DNA from: Candidatus Latescibacterota bacterium
GTDB taxonomy: Bacteria; Latescibacterota; UBA2968
Assembly (NCBI GenBank): GCA_965198115.1
Contig: OZ240241.1
Location: 32,001-96,000 of the forward strand
Length of the DNA stretch: 64,000 bases
Reading direction: 5' to 3'
The notes beneath the pieces are model-generated. The model did not search any database, had not been told where the DNA came from, and was given only the letters and a program-made list of their open reading frames with translations. This document shows, one piece after another, positions 20,241 to 30,705 of this stretch. The translations under genes were made by a program, and so were the position numbers. Each line of letters begins with the position of its first letter. The first letter of the stretch is position 1.

Positions 20241-21743
20241 ATGAAATGCAGTGTGTACAACCTCATTATAGACCTTGGAGAAGACGATCGATACTTGCTC
20301 TTTAATACGCTTTCGGGAGCGCTGATTGAAGCAGAAGCCGATGTAGCACATATGCTAAAGAGACATATTGAGCCGACCCCAACTCCGAGATTGCAGCAGA
20401 CCTTTTCAGAAAACAAACCAATTCCTGAAAATGCTATCGCAGGCATTGACGAAGAACGTAGAGGGGTTTTGTCAGACTGTGGATTCTTGGTAGAAGACCA
20501 GAAGGATGAAGTCGCTGAAGTGAGGGAACTGGATGTCACCCGATTTGCGGCTAATCGAGATGCTGATCGGGGAACACTCTCGCTCACGATCCTGCCCAGT
20601 ATTCGATGTAATTTCGAGTGCTTCTATTGCTTTGAACCGTTGTCCCTAAGGCAGCAAGATAGTTCGATGACTGAGGAGGTTCAGGACAAGCTATGTACAT
20701 ACGTTGCGGAGAAGCTTCCGCTGCCAGAAATCAGAAAACTTAGCACAACGTGGTACGGTGGAGAACCTCTTCTCTACCCTCAGATCGTCGATTCTCTGCA
20801 GCGACGGATGAACGCGATTGCGGATGCGGAAGGCGTAAATGTGAAGAGCTCCATCGTCACGAACGGGTTTCTCTTGAGCCGAGATAACAGCGATATGCTT
20901 GTGGAGAACGGCATCACGACCGCCCAGGTAACACTCGACGGCCCTGCCAAAATTCACAATAAGAGGCGGCTGTACACACCAGATAGAAACGCGAACTACG
21001 ACACAATCCTTACCAATCTCGCTAATGCAAACCCCGAGATGGATGTCATCATCCGCGTCAATGTCGGATCACACAATTCTGAGACAATAGAAGAATTGGT
21101 AAACGATCTCACCGAAGCTCGAATCTGGCCTTACCGACGGGGAATCGGTGTCTACTTGGCTCCCGTAACTGGAGGTAAAGACTCACTACCTCGAGGGGAA
21201 TATCTATCCCTTGAAGATGATTTCCGACTGGATATGGTCCGCAAATTCAACGAGTTGACCGATGGACCTAGAGCGAAGCTCGAGTTCAAACTTCCTTCGC
21301 TCACTAACATTTCTCAATGCGGTCACATAGTGGACGAAAAACACATCTGGGTGGTTGATCGTGTGGGGGATGTTTTCCGGTGCTGGGATGTTCCTGGCCA
21401 GGAGAGTCATTGTGTTGGCACGTTGGATGACCTGATTCACGATAGGATCAACGGGCTCAATCGTTGGGTCATGAATCCAGAAATACGTGAGGAGACGGGA
21501 TGCTATAAGTGCAAGATGGCCCCAGTATGTACTGTCCCCTGTCCCTCGCATTACTTCTCTGAATGGAAATCTGGCGAGTATCTCGGAAAATACGACGACG
21601 GAAATCCTTTTTGCTGCGATTGGAAATTCGGGATCGAGAACAGGCTAGCTTCCGAGTACAAGTTCTACTCTGAGTCTCCTGAGTTGGTCTATGGGTTTCC
21701 AGGTGAAGGTAGCACGGAGAACTTACTCCAGATTGCTGACTAA
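20241..21743 (+). CDS. Radical SAM/SPASM peptide maturase
   Basis: CNFECFYC motif, WYGGEPLL, VTNG, QVTLDG. SPASM cysteines (C..GDVFRC..CYKCKMAPVCTVPCP..C). RRE-like N-terminus (YLLFNTLSGALIE). RBS AGGAGG. Confidence 0.95.
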   Translation: MKCSVYNLIIDLGEDDRYLLFNTLSGALIEAEADVAHMLKRHIEPTPTPRLQQTFSENKPIPENAIAGIDEERRGVLSDCGFLVEDQKDEVAEVRELDVTRFAANRDADRGTLSLTILPSIRCNFECFYCFEPLSLRQQDSSMTEEVQDKLCTYVAEKLPLPEIRKLSTTWYGGEPLLYPQIVDSLQRRMNAIADAEGVNVKSSIVTNGFLLSRDNSDMLVENGITTAQVTLDGPAKIHNKRRLYTPDRNANYDTILTNLANANPEMDVIIRVNVGSHNSETIEELVNDLTEARIWPYRRGIGVYLAPVTGGKDSLPRGEYLSLEDDFRLDMVRKFNELTDGPRAKLEFKLPSLTNISQCGHIVDEKHIWVVDRVGDVFRCWDVPGQESHCVGTLDDLIHDRINGLNRWVMNPEIREETGCYKCKMAPVCTVPCPSHYFSEWKSGEYLGKYDDGNPFCCDWKFGIENRLASEYKFYSESPELVYGFPGEGSTENLLQIAD

Positions 21744-21807
21744 GGCTGAACTGATTTCGGACTTTATGAAGCTTCTGACGCCGATCTCTTTTCTGGGAAG
21801 CTGCGAA

Positions 21808-23679
21808 ATGAAATTGCTGGGTCTGAGGTTTGTGCTTGTAGTATGGATCACTACTGCTTGCACATACGACGTTACCGCAGCAGAACCGTACGACCTAAGC
21901 TACAGCGTATTCGCCCAGGACTCCGTGCTGTACAGATGGAACACGTCGGAAGGAGTGGTAGATGGTATGCTGGTCCGCCACAGATTCCCTCCCTTGGAAC
22001 TCTGGGAGACATACCTATCGGAGGGGCTAGAAGCTCAGGAATACACGGAGAACGTGGTCTTCGCCTCGCGGGATTCCTCTGTTTATGGATGTGGCTTTGG
22101 AATAGACTATCCAGTCCTCATACCCCGGAACGTACATCCGTACCTGACGGCACGCATATACGCTGATGGGCTTGGGCCCATTAAAGTCTGGATCCAGCTC
22201 CAGAACGATTGGATTTCCGTTCCCAAGGTAATCTCCGCCAAGGGCTACGACAAGATTGAGATAGGCCTAGGTAAACTGATAGGTTCTAGTAGGAAAATTT
22301 CCGGCGTGAAGATGATCGCTGAACGAAGGAGCTTGAATGGCAGACTCATCGTTGGGGCTGTTCAGGTGACGACGAGGAGATTCCTAAAATGGCGATTTGG
22401 GGATAGGAGACCCGTTCCTATCAGGGCCCCATTGGGTGGCAGAGGCCCATTCGAAAGCTGGCCTCAGTGGGTGGGGTCTTTCGGTGATGGACCGGCGTTG
22501 AGATTTGGTGGTGGAACTGTCCCGGCGATGGCCAACCTGATGTCTGATCTGTTAAGAAAGTATTCTCGATACAGCATGAAGGACGTTAGTGTGAGCCAGG
22601 TGCTACGCCAACACGAGCAGCTTCTGCGTCCAGATATTGGGATCATAGAGTATTTAGATGGGCTGGAAGAGATCCTCGTACCACTCGGTGATACTCATTT
22701 TCGAGTTAATAGACCGACCTACAGACACAGTACAACTCAACTCAATGATGTTGTGAAGTTCTATAGAATTGACGGACGTGTTATCGTTTCCGCTGTCTTC
22801 AGTCCTCGTCTTCAAAAGGTGATCTCGGAAGGCGACGAAGTCACTGCCGTTGACGAAATGCCCATTGAGGATCACATAACGACAAGAACTATGTCCCTGG
22901 CAGGATCTACGGATTGGATCCGGGACCGGATCGTGATCGAGCGGCTGCTGACCAAGGAGGACTCTGTCGCAACTACAAGGGTCACCTTTCGGCGACCAGA
23001 TGGACAAGAGTATTCGATTGAACACCATACGAGCGATAGTCTGATGAGAGTCATCCCAAAGAATTTTCTAAAGGGAAGGTTCCACTACAAAGAGTTGGGA
23101 GAGTTCGCATACATACGTATAGGCACCTGGAGCGAAAAGACCTGGCCGTTCTTCTACTCCTACATTGACCGACTGAAAGAGAGCAAGGGGCTAATTCTTG
23201 ATCTGCGGAGTAATGGTGGAGGAGACCTTTCCTTCTGTAGAATCGCTTCGTGCTTTGTAGACAAGCCATCAGTGATTTTCTCCGTTTGCAACATCGAAGG
23301 TGAGGGGGTCGAATCCATTCTTTTAAGACCAGATCCCTTCTTCTTCTATCGTGGCCCGGTTGCTGTCCTAGTGGATACAAGAACCGGCTGTGCTTCAGAG
23401 TTATTCGTGAGTGCGATCAAAAGGTATCACAAGGACACCATAGTAGTCGGTCAGAGCCCGACAAGTGGCGCAGTCGGTTTCATCAGAACGATATCGCTTC
23501 CGGGAGGGAACGAGATCACCTTTCCTGAACCCGTTTTGGACGCCTACAGTCGTGATCTCGAAGGAGTTGGTGTACAACCAGATATGAAAGCCAGCTTCGA
23601 ATCATACCGGGACCTTGCACCTTATGACGATTCGCTTCTCGATCTTGCTATAGAGGCTCTTGCTCATCGTGCTATGTGA
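21808..23679 (+). CDS. S41-family peptidase, probably exported (start uncertain: 21766 or 21808)
   Basis: LGDTHF, PDZ-like GDEVTAVD, YIRI, LILDLRSNGGG, VLVD..TGCASE, VVGQSPTSGA, EGVGVQPD. Hydrophobic N-terminus MKLLGLRFVLVVWITTAC. Confidence 0.88.
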   Translation: MKLLGLRFVLVVWITTACTYDVTAAEPYDLSYSVFAQDSVLYRWNTSEGVVDGMLVRHRFPPLELWETYLSEGLEAQEYTENVVFASRDSSVYGCGFGIDYPVLIPRNVHPYLTARIYADGLGPIKVWIQLQNDWISVPKVISAKGYDKIEIGLGKLIGSSRKISGVKMIAERRSLNGRLIVGAVQVTTRRFLKWRFGDRRPVPIRAPLGGRGPFESWPQWVGSFGDGPALRFGGGTVPAMANLMSDLLRKYSRYSMKDVSVSQVLRQHEQLLRPDIGIIEYLDGLEEILVPLGDTHFRVNRPTYRHSTTQLNDVVKFYRIDGRVIVSAVFSPRLQKVISEGDEVTAVDEMPIEDHITTRTMSLAGSTDWIRDRIVIERLLTKEDSVATTRVTFRRPDGQEYSIEHHTSDSLMRVIPKNFLKGRFHYKELGEFAYIRIGTWSEKTWPFFYSYIDRLKESKGLILDLRSNGGGDLSFCRIASCFVDKPSVIFSVCNIEGEGVESILLRPDPFFFYRGPVAVLVDTRTGCASELFVSAIKRYHKDTIVVGQSPTSGAVGFIRTISLPGGNEITFPEPVLDAYSRDLEGVGVQPDMKASFESYRDLAPYDDSLLDLAIEALAHRAM

Positions 23680-23736
23680 CATCGGGAAGTTAAGGGTTAC
23701 ACATAGTGAAAATCTCGGAGTCGAAGGGACCGGCAC

Positions 23737-24969
23737 GTGAGGTTTCTGTTTTGCCCTATGGCAACATATGGATTTGTCTATCCGGCCATCGGAATCGCGC
23801 TAGAACTGAGTCGAAGGGGGCATGACGTTGCTTTCGTGACCGATAAGTCGTTCGACCACGTTCTAGCAGGTGAGGGGTTGCGAAGGATTCCAAACGGACG
23901 AAGTGATAGAAGAAGCTTCATTATCGGGGACTGGGGCGAACCTGTCAGTGTCTGTTCTCAGGTTCGTCACATTCGATTCGCACTTGATGAATTTCGACCG
24001 GACGCGTGTGTGTCGTCGATTTTCTGTTTCGGAGCGCTGATAGCCAGGAAGTTATACGACCTACCCACGGCGGTGATAGGGCTTTGTACCTATATGTTTG
24101 CCCACCCGGATGACCTCAGGACCCAAAGCGAGATTACTCCCTCTACGCGATCACTACAGCTCTCTGATGGATTCAGAGAAACCTACAATACTACCGGTCG
24201 CCTGTTTAAGATACCGGAAATGGGGTTGTGCGAATTTATTGAAGAGATGCCGGTACTTGGAGACCTGTTTCTGCTTCAGAATCTTGATGATCTCATCGAA
24301 GATTCAGATAGGTTGCCGGGACGAGTGCATCTAGTAGGACCGTGTGGCTGGGATTCGCCAACCACAGATTCGGAGCTTGTCGACTGGATCAGGCAAGGAC
24401 CGGCAGCGGGAGATCCGATTATCTACGCGCAGCCGGGGGCACTCTTCGGGGCAAATTCGTTCTGGCCGGTCCTGACCAAGGCGCTGGAAGACGAAAGTGT
24501 GAGAGTAGTGGCCTCGGTTGGTAGGATGACGGGGAACGGTGATTACTCAAGCCTGCCTTCAAACTACTTCGTACGCGCACACGTGCCCCACCGACTCGTA
24601 CTCCAGGTTGCAGATGGCGTTGTAACAGAGGGGCACACCAGTATAGTTCTCGCAGCACTCTCAGCAGGAGTGCCTTTGATGCTCATTCCTCACGGCGGCG
24701 AGGAGTTTGATTGCGCTGAAATGTGTATCCGCGCGGGTGTCTGTGTCGGGATCAACCATGAGGAGTTGTCTCGTAACAATATGAAGCTGAAGCTGCGTGA
24801 TCTCCTTCAGAGGACTGATATCCGAGAGCGTTCTACGAGGATTAAAACACTCATCCAAAATAACAACGGCCACAGTCGCGCAACAGACTTGATCGAAATT
24901 TTAGGCATGGAAAGGAGACAGATCCTCCGCTCTTCGCTTTCGGCAAAGAATGTGCATTTGTCACCTTAG
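23737..24969 (+). CDS. Glycosyltransferase family 1 (MGT/macrolide-GT-like)
   Basis: N-terminal MRFLF...IALELSRRGHDVAFVT and a C-terminal NDP-sugar box (VPHRLVLQVADGVVT...ALSAGVPLMLIP). Confidence 0.88.
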   Translation: MRFLFCPMATYGFVYPAIGIALELSRRGHDVAFVTDKSFDHVLAGEGLRRIPNGRSDRRSFIIGDWGEPVSVCSQVRHIRFALDEFRPDACVSSIFCFGALIARKLYDLPTAVIGLCTYMFAHPDDLRTQSEITPSTRSLQLSDGFRETYNTTGRLFKIPEMGLCEFIEEMPVLGDLFLLQNLDDLIEDSDRLPGRVHLVGPCGWDSPTTDSELVDWIRQGPAAGDPIIYAQPGALFGANSFWPVLTKALEDESVRVVASVGRMTGNGDYSSLPSNYFVRAHVPHRLVLQVADGVVTEGHTSIVLAALSAGVPLMLIPHGGEEFDCAEMCIRAGVCVGINHEELSRNNMKLKLRDLLQRTDIRERSTRIKTLIQNNNGHSRATDLIEILGMERRQILRSSLSAKNVHLSP

Positions 24970-25040
24970 GAGTTGCTACAAAATACTAAACGATATCATT
25001 AGCTGAGAAGCTTGTCAGAGTGGCCCATCACGCGAATGAA

Positions 25041-25065
25041 GCTCGTCACTTATTTCGTGACGAGC
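25041..25065 (+). terminator. Hairpin downstream of the GT1 gene (possible terminator or processing site)
   Basis: GCTCGTCAC-N7-GTGACGAGC perfect 9-bp stem with only a weak U tail. Confidence 0.45.
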
Positions 25066-25093
25066 CCTTAGAGGTTAAGGTATTCAAAATTGA

Positions 25094-26513
25094 GGCTATA
25101 TCCGGATCTCTCAACGAGATGAAGTGGGTGAAGGTGCCGTGGTTCCTGGCATGGGGGCGCGGTTAGAGTGTGCGGAACCTCTTCGGAATCTGCTCAGGGA
25201 TGTTTATGTCTCCGACGGTAAGGAAGATCATATCGTTGAATGCGTCGAGTGTGCGGAATCCGCTGGCTCGGTTCTTGACGATTTGGACGATTCGGTTGAG
25301 GCCTTCGGCGATGGCGTTGGTAAGACGCGTGTTCACGAATGCGAGGACGCCGAAGAAGTGCTGTCGCAGGGTCCTGACGAACTTTCGCAGGGGTTCAAGT
25401 CGACTTCTGAGTGCGGACGTCGTCCAGCATTTCAGGAAGCGTTCGGCAGCCCAGGGCGCTTTGTATTCCCAGAACTGCTCGAACTCGTCCTTGAGTCTCC
25501 AGGCTCTATAGATTCGGTAGTTCGCCTTCTCCAGTGCTTCGAGTGTCCGAGTATCCCCTCTGGAGCGTGTCGCTGAGTGCCGGTAGAGGAGCCATCGGAG
25601 GCCCTTCATGGCTTTGCGCTCATCCGGGGCAGCTTTACGCCACTGGTCCTTACGGACCTCGTCAACGGCGGCATTGAGAGCCTTGACGATGTGAAAGCGA
25701 TCGAGGACCAGCTTGGCATTCGGACAGTGTTCCTGGATGGCTCCGATGTAAGCTTCGCTCATGTCGCAGCAGGCCCACTCGATCTTGGATCTCCGGTAGG
25801 GACTGAGAGCCTCTGTGAAGAACTGATCGATCGTTTTACGCGCCCTGCCGCGGCCAACCCACACCACGCAGGAGCGGTCCAGATCGTAAACGAGCGTGGC
25901 GTACCTGTGACGCTTGGCGTAGGAGATCTCGTCGATCCCGATGGTTTTGAGCCCTCGGATACGATGACCTTCACGAAGCCGCGTGATGGATCGGTGAAGG
26001 AGATCCGACAGCGTCGAGGCAGAGATGCGCAGTAACTCGGACGCCGCCTTCTGCGTCATGGTCTGGCAGTAGCGCAGCATGGCATACTCGAAGCGATACG
26101 TCACCCGAGAGAACCGCTCCGCCCACGGAATCTCCTCGACCACACGACCGTGGGTAGGACACCGAATCTCCCGAGGATGGTAGAGAAGCCAGACCCTCCA
26201 CCCGCACACCGGAATGTCACGCCACCGACGCGGATGGGGCATTGTGCGGACGATTTTACCTCGACGGCCGCACTCCGGACAACAACAACCATTCTTATGG
26301 GGCTTTACGGCGATGACGAAGCAGCTTCTCCCCTCAAACCACCAGCTGACAACACGGAACCCCTTGAATCTCAGCAGTTTCGATAGTAATCTGCTCCCGG
26401 TCATAGGTCGCACCCCCTTCGCTTTGATTGTCCTACACACACAACCAAGCGTAGGGAACGATCTATGACCTTGTCATTCTATAGTTTCACCGTTGAGAAA
26501 CCCGGATAGAGCC
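25094..26513 (-). mobile_element. ISL3-family element, copy 4, intact 425-aa transposase (25163-26440)
   Basis: 8-bp target duplication AAAATTGA (25086-25093 / 26514-26521). Confidence 0.97.
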
Positions 26514-26600
26514 AAAATTGAGACTTCAGCTCCCAGGAGTTGCTGCTATAACAAAGGAATCGGTTGGCCTTGCTGCTAACATAAGGAACATGGGGGAAAT

Positions 26601-28319
26601 TTGGAGGAAGATCAGACAGGTCTGATGAAGATGAGGCGAATGGCCGCGGGGGTTTACCCACACGCAATTGGCTTAGGAATCGTCTCAATAGTCGGTGTCT
26701 CGGTTGGGATCGCCAAGCCCGTGGTTTTTTCTAGAGTAATAGACCAGGGGCTTGTCGAAAACGACTGGGATACGACGTTTCGTCTTACGAAGTACCTTGG
26801 TCTAGTAGGTCTCTTTGGACTACTGACATCCTCCATCCACCGGATCCTCGCAAGTTACATTTCGAATAGAATCGTTGAGAATATGAGGAACTGGCTAGTA
26901 GCCAGAGTCTTCGTTCTACAGTATGAACACTTCGTCCAAACTCCCAGAGGGGAAATCCTGGCCACAATCGAGGACGATTGTGCCAACATAAGGGAATTCT
27001 CAGTTTCTACTCTGCAGTCAGCGATGAGAAGCTTCCTTAGCTTTGTCGCGGCCATATGCTATGTCGGGTGGGTGCAATGGAAGATGCTATTGGCTGGAGC
27101 CCTTGCCGTACCATTTATGGCCATCTGCATGAGATTGTTCCGAAGGGTTGTATATGAGTGCGGATCACAAGTGGCTGAAGCAAGAGCTGTGGCTAAGAAC
27201 TCTCTGGTGAATACTGTAGAGAGCATGAGTTCATTAAGGCAATTGGGCTTATCCGATTGGTCGCGTGATGTTATTCGAGGTGATCTTGGGAAGCTTCGGA
27301 GGAGTAGTATCCGTGAGCAAGTATGGGAGAGCCTGACCGAACTGTCCTCGGGTTCTGTCTCATTGTTTAGCTATTTGGTGATTCTGGGATACGGTGGGTT
27401 GCTGGTTTCAACTAATGAGATAGGAATAGGGCATCTACTTGCCTTCCTAACGATGAGGCAAAGTTTTTTTGCGCCATTGGATTTCGTTGATCGTGTCTAC
27501 AAAGGTTACTTCAAGGCCAAACGTTCTCGCGAACGGATTGATTCACTGTCCAGCCAGCCACTCGAGACCGGTTTCCACGGTGGGGATAGCATCCCCGACG
27601 ATTTCCATCCGCATTCCCTATCCATCGAAGACGTATCATTCTCGTTCGGAGACAAGGCTCTGCTATGCTCGGCCAATGCGACATTCACCACAGGGTGGAA
27701 CGAACTAAGAGGACCCAATGGATCAGGCAAGACAACACTCCTAGGAATCATTCTCAAAGTCCGTAACCCTCAACAGGGCCGGATCTTTGTGGACGGTTAC
27801 AATGTTGCGAACTTCAACAACCGCAGCTGGCGAAGCCACATTTCTGTTGTTGCACAGGAGCCCTTCATATTTCAAGGGACACTGAGGGAGAACCTTAGAC
27901 TTTTCGATGAGAACATTGATGACTCTATGATTGATAGCATGCTTGAGCAGGTAGGTCTTCGAAAGTGGTGCGAAGAGAGGGGGCTCGACACAGAACTATC
28001 CCAAGGCGGAAGCGAAATTTCAGGAGGACTTAAGCAACGTTTGGCGATTGCCAGAGCTCTTCTGAGAAGCTCCGCCGTCTACATTTTCGATGAGCCAGTT
28101 TCCCAGGTCGACTTGCTTACGAAAGGAGACTTGCTTCGCGTGATGAAGAGATACACTCGCGGCGCAATTGTGATAGTTATATCCCATAGCGATCTTAGAG
28201 ATGTAGCGGACCGGATCTTTCACGTGAAGGATGGCCGAGTCAAAGGCGAAGAGGTTAAGCCCGAAGCTCTGTGTGAGCTAGATCCGTCGGTGCAAGGCGT
28301 TGTCGGACATCCATCCTAA
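26601..28319 (+). CDS. ABC exporter, fused membrane and ATPase domains (no C39 peptidase domain)
   Basis: N-terminal transmembrane helices. Walker A GPNGSGKTT, signature ISGGLKQR, Walker B YIFDE. Start could be 26601 or a nearby ATG. Confidence 0.92.
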   Translation: MEEDQTGLMKMRRMAAGVYPHAIGLGIVSIVGVSVGIAKPVVFSRVIDQGLVENDWDTTFRLTKYLGLVGLFGLLTSSIHRILASYISNRIVENMRNWLVARVFVLQYEHFVQTPRGEILATIEDDCANIREFSVSTLQSAMRSFLSFVAAICYVGWVQWKMLLAGALAVPFMAICMRLFRRVVYECGSQVAEARAVAKNSLVNTVESMSSLRQLGLSDWSRDVIRGDLGKLRRSSIREQVWESLTELSSGSVSLFSYLVILGYGGLLVSTNEIGIGHLLAFLTMRQSFFAPLDFVDRVYKGYFKAKRSRERIDSLSSQPLETGFHGGDSIPDDFHPHSLSIEDVSFSFGDKALLCSANATFTTGWNELRGPNGSGKTTLLGIILKVRNPQQGRIFVDGYNVANFNNRSWRSHISVVAQEPFIFQGTLRENLRLFDENIDDSMIDSMLEQVGLRKWCEERGLDTELSQGGSEISGGLKQRLAIARALLRSSAVYIFDEPVSQVDLLTKGDLLRVMKRYTRGAIVIVISHSDLRDVADRIFHVKDGRVKGEEVKPEALCELDPSVQGVVGHPS

Positions 28320-28339
28320 AGGAACCGTGGAGGATAGGA

Positions 28340-29175
28340 TGGAAAACACATTAGATGTTGTTAGACGGCCAGACGTTTCGCCGGAAACATACTTGAAACT
28401 ATATGGGAAACCGAACAAACCATTTGTCATTGCGGATGGCGCAGAGGAATGGAAGGCCCGATCAACCTGGAACATGAGATTCTTTGAAGAGCGTTATGGA
28501 GATGTCAGACTGCAGGTGACACGGATAGCGAGAGGGAGAACGGAATCCGCTGGTGTAAAGACCATAGCTGAATACGCAGACTACCTCCGCACTCAGAACC
28601 ATGAAAAGGAGCCACTCTATCTCCGAGATTGGGTCCTGGAAGAGAAGTACCCTGAGCTTCTTTCTCACATCTCCGTGCCTTCCTATCTATGCAACTGGCT
28701 TGACCGTATCCCGATTAGCGGCAGTCGTAGACACTTCTGGCGAGGTTGGAAAGGTTGGATTTTCATCGGCCCAAAAGGAACTGGAACTGAGCTCCATACG
28801 GACGTTGTTAAATCCTCGGCCTGGCTGGCCCTCATAAGTGGACAAAAGGAGTGGGTATTAACCCCACCTAACGAACACGATCCAGCCACGTTTGCTAAAG
28901 TCGACCTGCTAAATCCTGACTATGAAGCCTATCCCTTCCTTCGGAATTCGAAGAGGATCTGCTACACCCAGCGTCCAGGAGAACTATTAGTCGTCCCGAG
29001 TGGATGGTGGCATCAGGTCTGTAACTCTGATGCCACCATCTCTGTTTCTGGGAACTTCATAAATGAATCCAACATACACTTCTTCTGTAAGGACTTGCTT
29101 GAGAACGGATCACTTGCTGAACTCAGAGACTACTCATGCTACATTCCAGAGATAGTCCCCTTTTTAGCATCCTAG
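28340..29175 (+). CDS. JmjC/cupin-8 Fe(II)/2-oxoglutarate oxygenase (second copy)
   Basis: YLRDW, GPKGTGTELHTD, GQKEWVL, PGELLVVPSGWWHQV. Paralog of 9060-9890. ATG 28340 follows GGAGG. Confidence 0.92.
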
Positions 29176-29176
29176 G

Positions 29177-30549
29177 GAGCTATAATCAAAAGGTGTGGAA
29201 AAGAGAAAGGGCGACCCTACCCTTCCCGTGAGATAGTTGATTCACACAAAACCGGGTGAGAGGCCCGGTTGGGAAGGAGGATCGCCGTGAAGGAACATAC
29301 GCATAGAGCCCCATTGAAGTCCATGCCGACGTGGGAGACGGTTGACGATTGGATCCGTGAAGAGATCCAGGGCCGGTTCCAGTCCATTCTGGAGGAGGAG
29401 GCGACCGCGTTCTTGGGCCGGTCGTGGTATGAGCGCCGAGCCGAGGTTGATAGCTCCAGGGGCTACAGGAACGGCTACGGCAAGCCCCGGCGTCTCTCGA
29501 CGAGCTGCGGAACGATCAAGGTCCGGCGTCCCCGGGTTCGTGGTCTGGAAGAGCGGTTTGAAAGCCGCATCCTCCCCCTGTTCGCCCGGAGAACCAGGGC
29601 CATTGGAGATCTGCTTCCCGACCTTTATCTCCACGGTCTCTCCCAGGGCGACTTCGAGTTGTCTTTGCGTGCGCTGCTCGGTGATGGCGCGCCGCTTTCG
29701 CCGACCTCGATCGCTCGTCTTCGAGGGAAGTGGGAGGTCGACTTCCAGGACTGGAAAGAAAGGCGTCTGGATAATCGCGAACTGGTCTACGCCTGGGCTG
29801 ATGGCATCTACGTCAAAGCCGGGCTCGAGCGCGAGAAGGCGTGTCTGCTGGTCGTGATCGGCGCGATGAGCGACGGCAGCAAGGAGATCCTGGCGATAGA
29901 ACCCGGTTATCGAGAGTCTACAGAATCCTGGCTCACGGTGCTCCGGGATCTCCGGGATCGCGGGCTCGAACATCCTGTCCTGATCGCCGCGGACGGGAAT
30001 ATGGGCATCTGGGCGGCCGTTGATCAGGTCTGGCCAGAGAGCCGGCAACAACGGTGCTGGAACCACAAGATCCTCAACGTGCTCGACAAGGTCGCCAAGC
30101 GTGCACAGGCTGAAGCCCGCGCACTGCTCGTCCAGATCCCCTATGCCGGCACGAAAAAGGAGGCCGAGAAGCTCCGGAAACGCTTTGCCGCACGGTATCG
30201 CTCACAGTTCCCTGCCGCCGTGGAGACGCTCGAAAGAGACTGGGATCGGATGGTCACGTTCTACGACTTCCCGAAGGAACACTGGAAACACCTGAGAACC
30301 ACGAACGTCGTCGAGAGCCCCTTTGCTTCCGTTCGGCTTCGCACAAACGCCACCAGGCGATTCAAGAAAGTCAGGAACGCCACGACTCTCATCTGGCGTA
30401 CGCTCAAGGTCGCAGAGAGCCGATTCAGGAAACTCACCGCGCCACACTTGCTACAACAAGTCTACGATCAGAAACACTCAACCGGACCGCAGGTCGAAGC
30501 CGGGAAGATGGCCGCCTGATTTCTTTTACACACCTATTGACCTGAGCTC
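29177..30549 (+). mobile_element. IS256-family element (lineage A), intact 416-aa transposase (29269-30519)
   Basis: 8-bp target duplication ATCCTAGG (29169-29176 / 30550-30557). Motifs YRNGY, WADG, QRCWNHK, LRTTNVVES. Confidence 0.96.
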
Positions 30550-30705
30550 ATCCTAGGATCGATCTGAGCCTACTGGATTCCGAAAGATCTCTACGTGAAG
30601 CGTCGATTGCATTTGTGTCCCACACGAGTCCAGAATCGGTTTCGTTCAGAGTCGAGGGCCAACGAGTTGGCGAGCATGTTGACCTTCTAACTCGAGAGTA
30701 TATTA

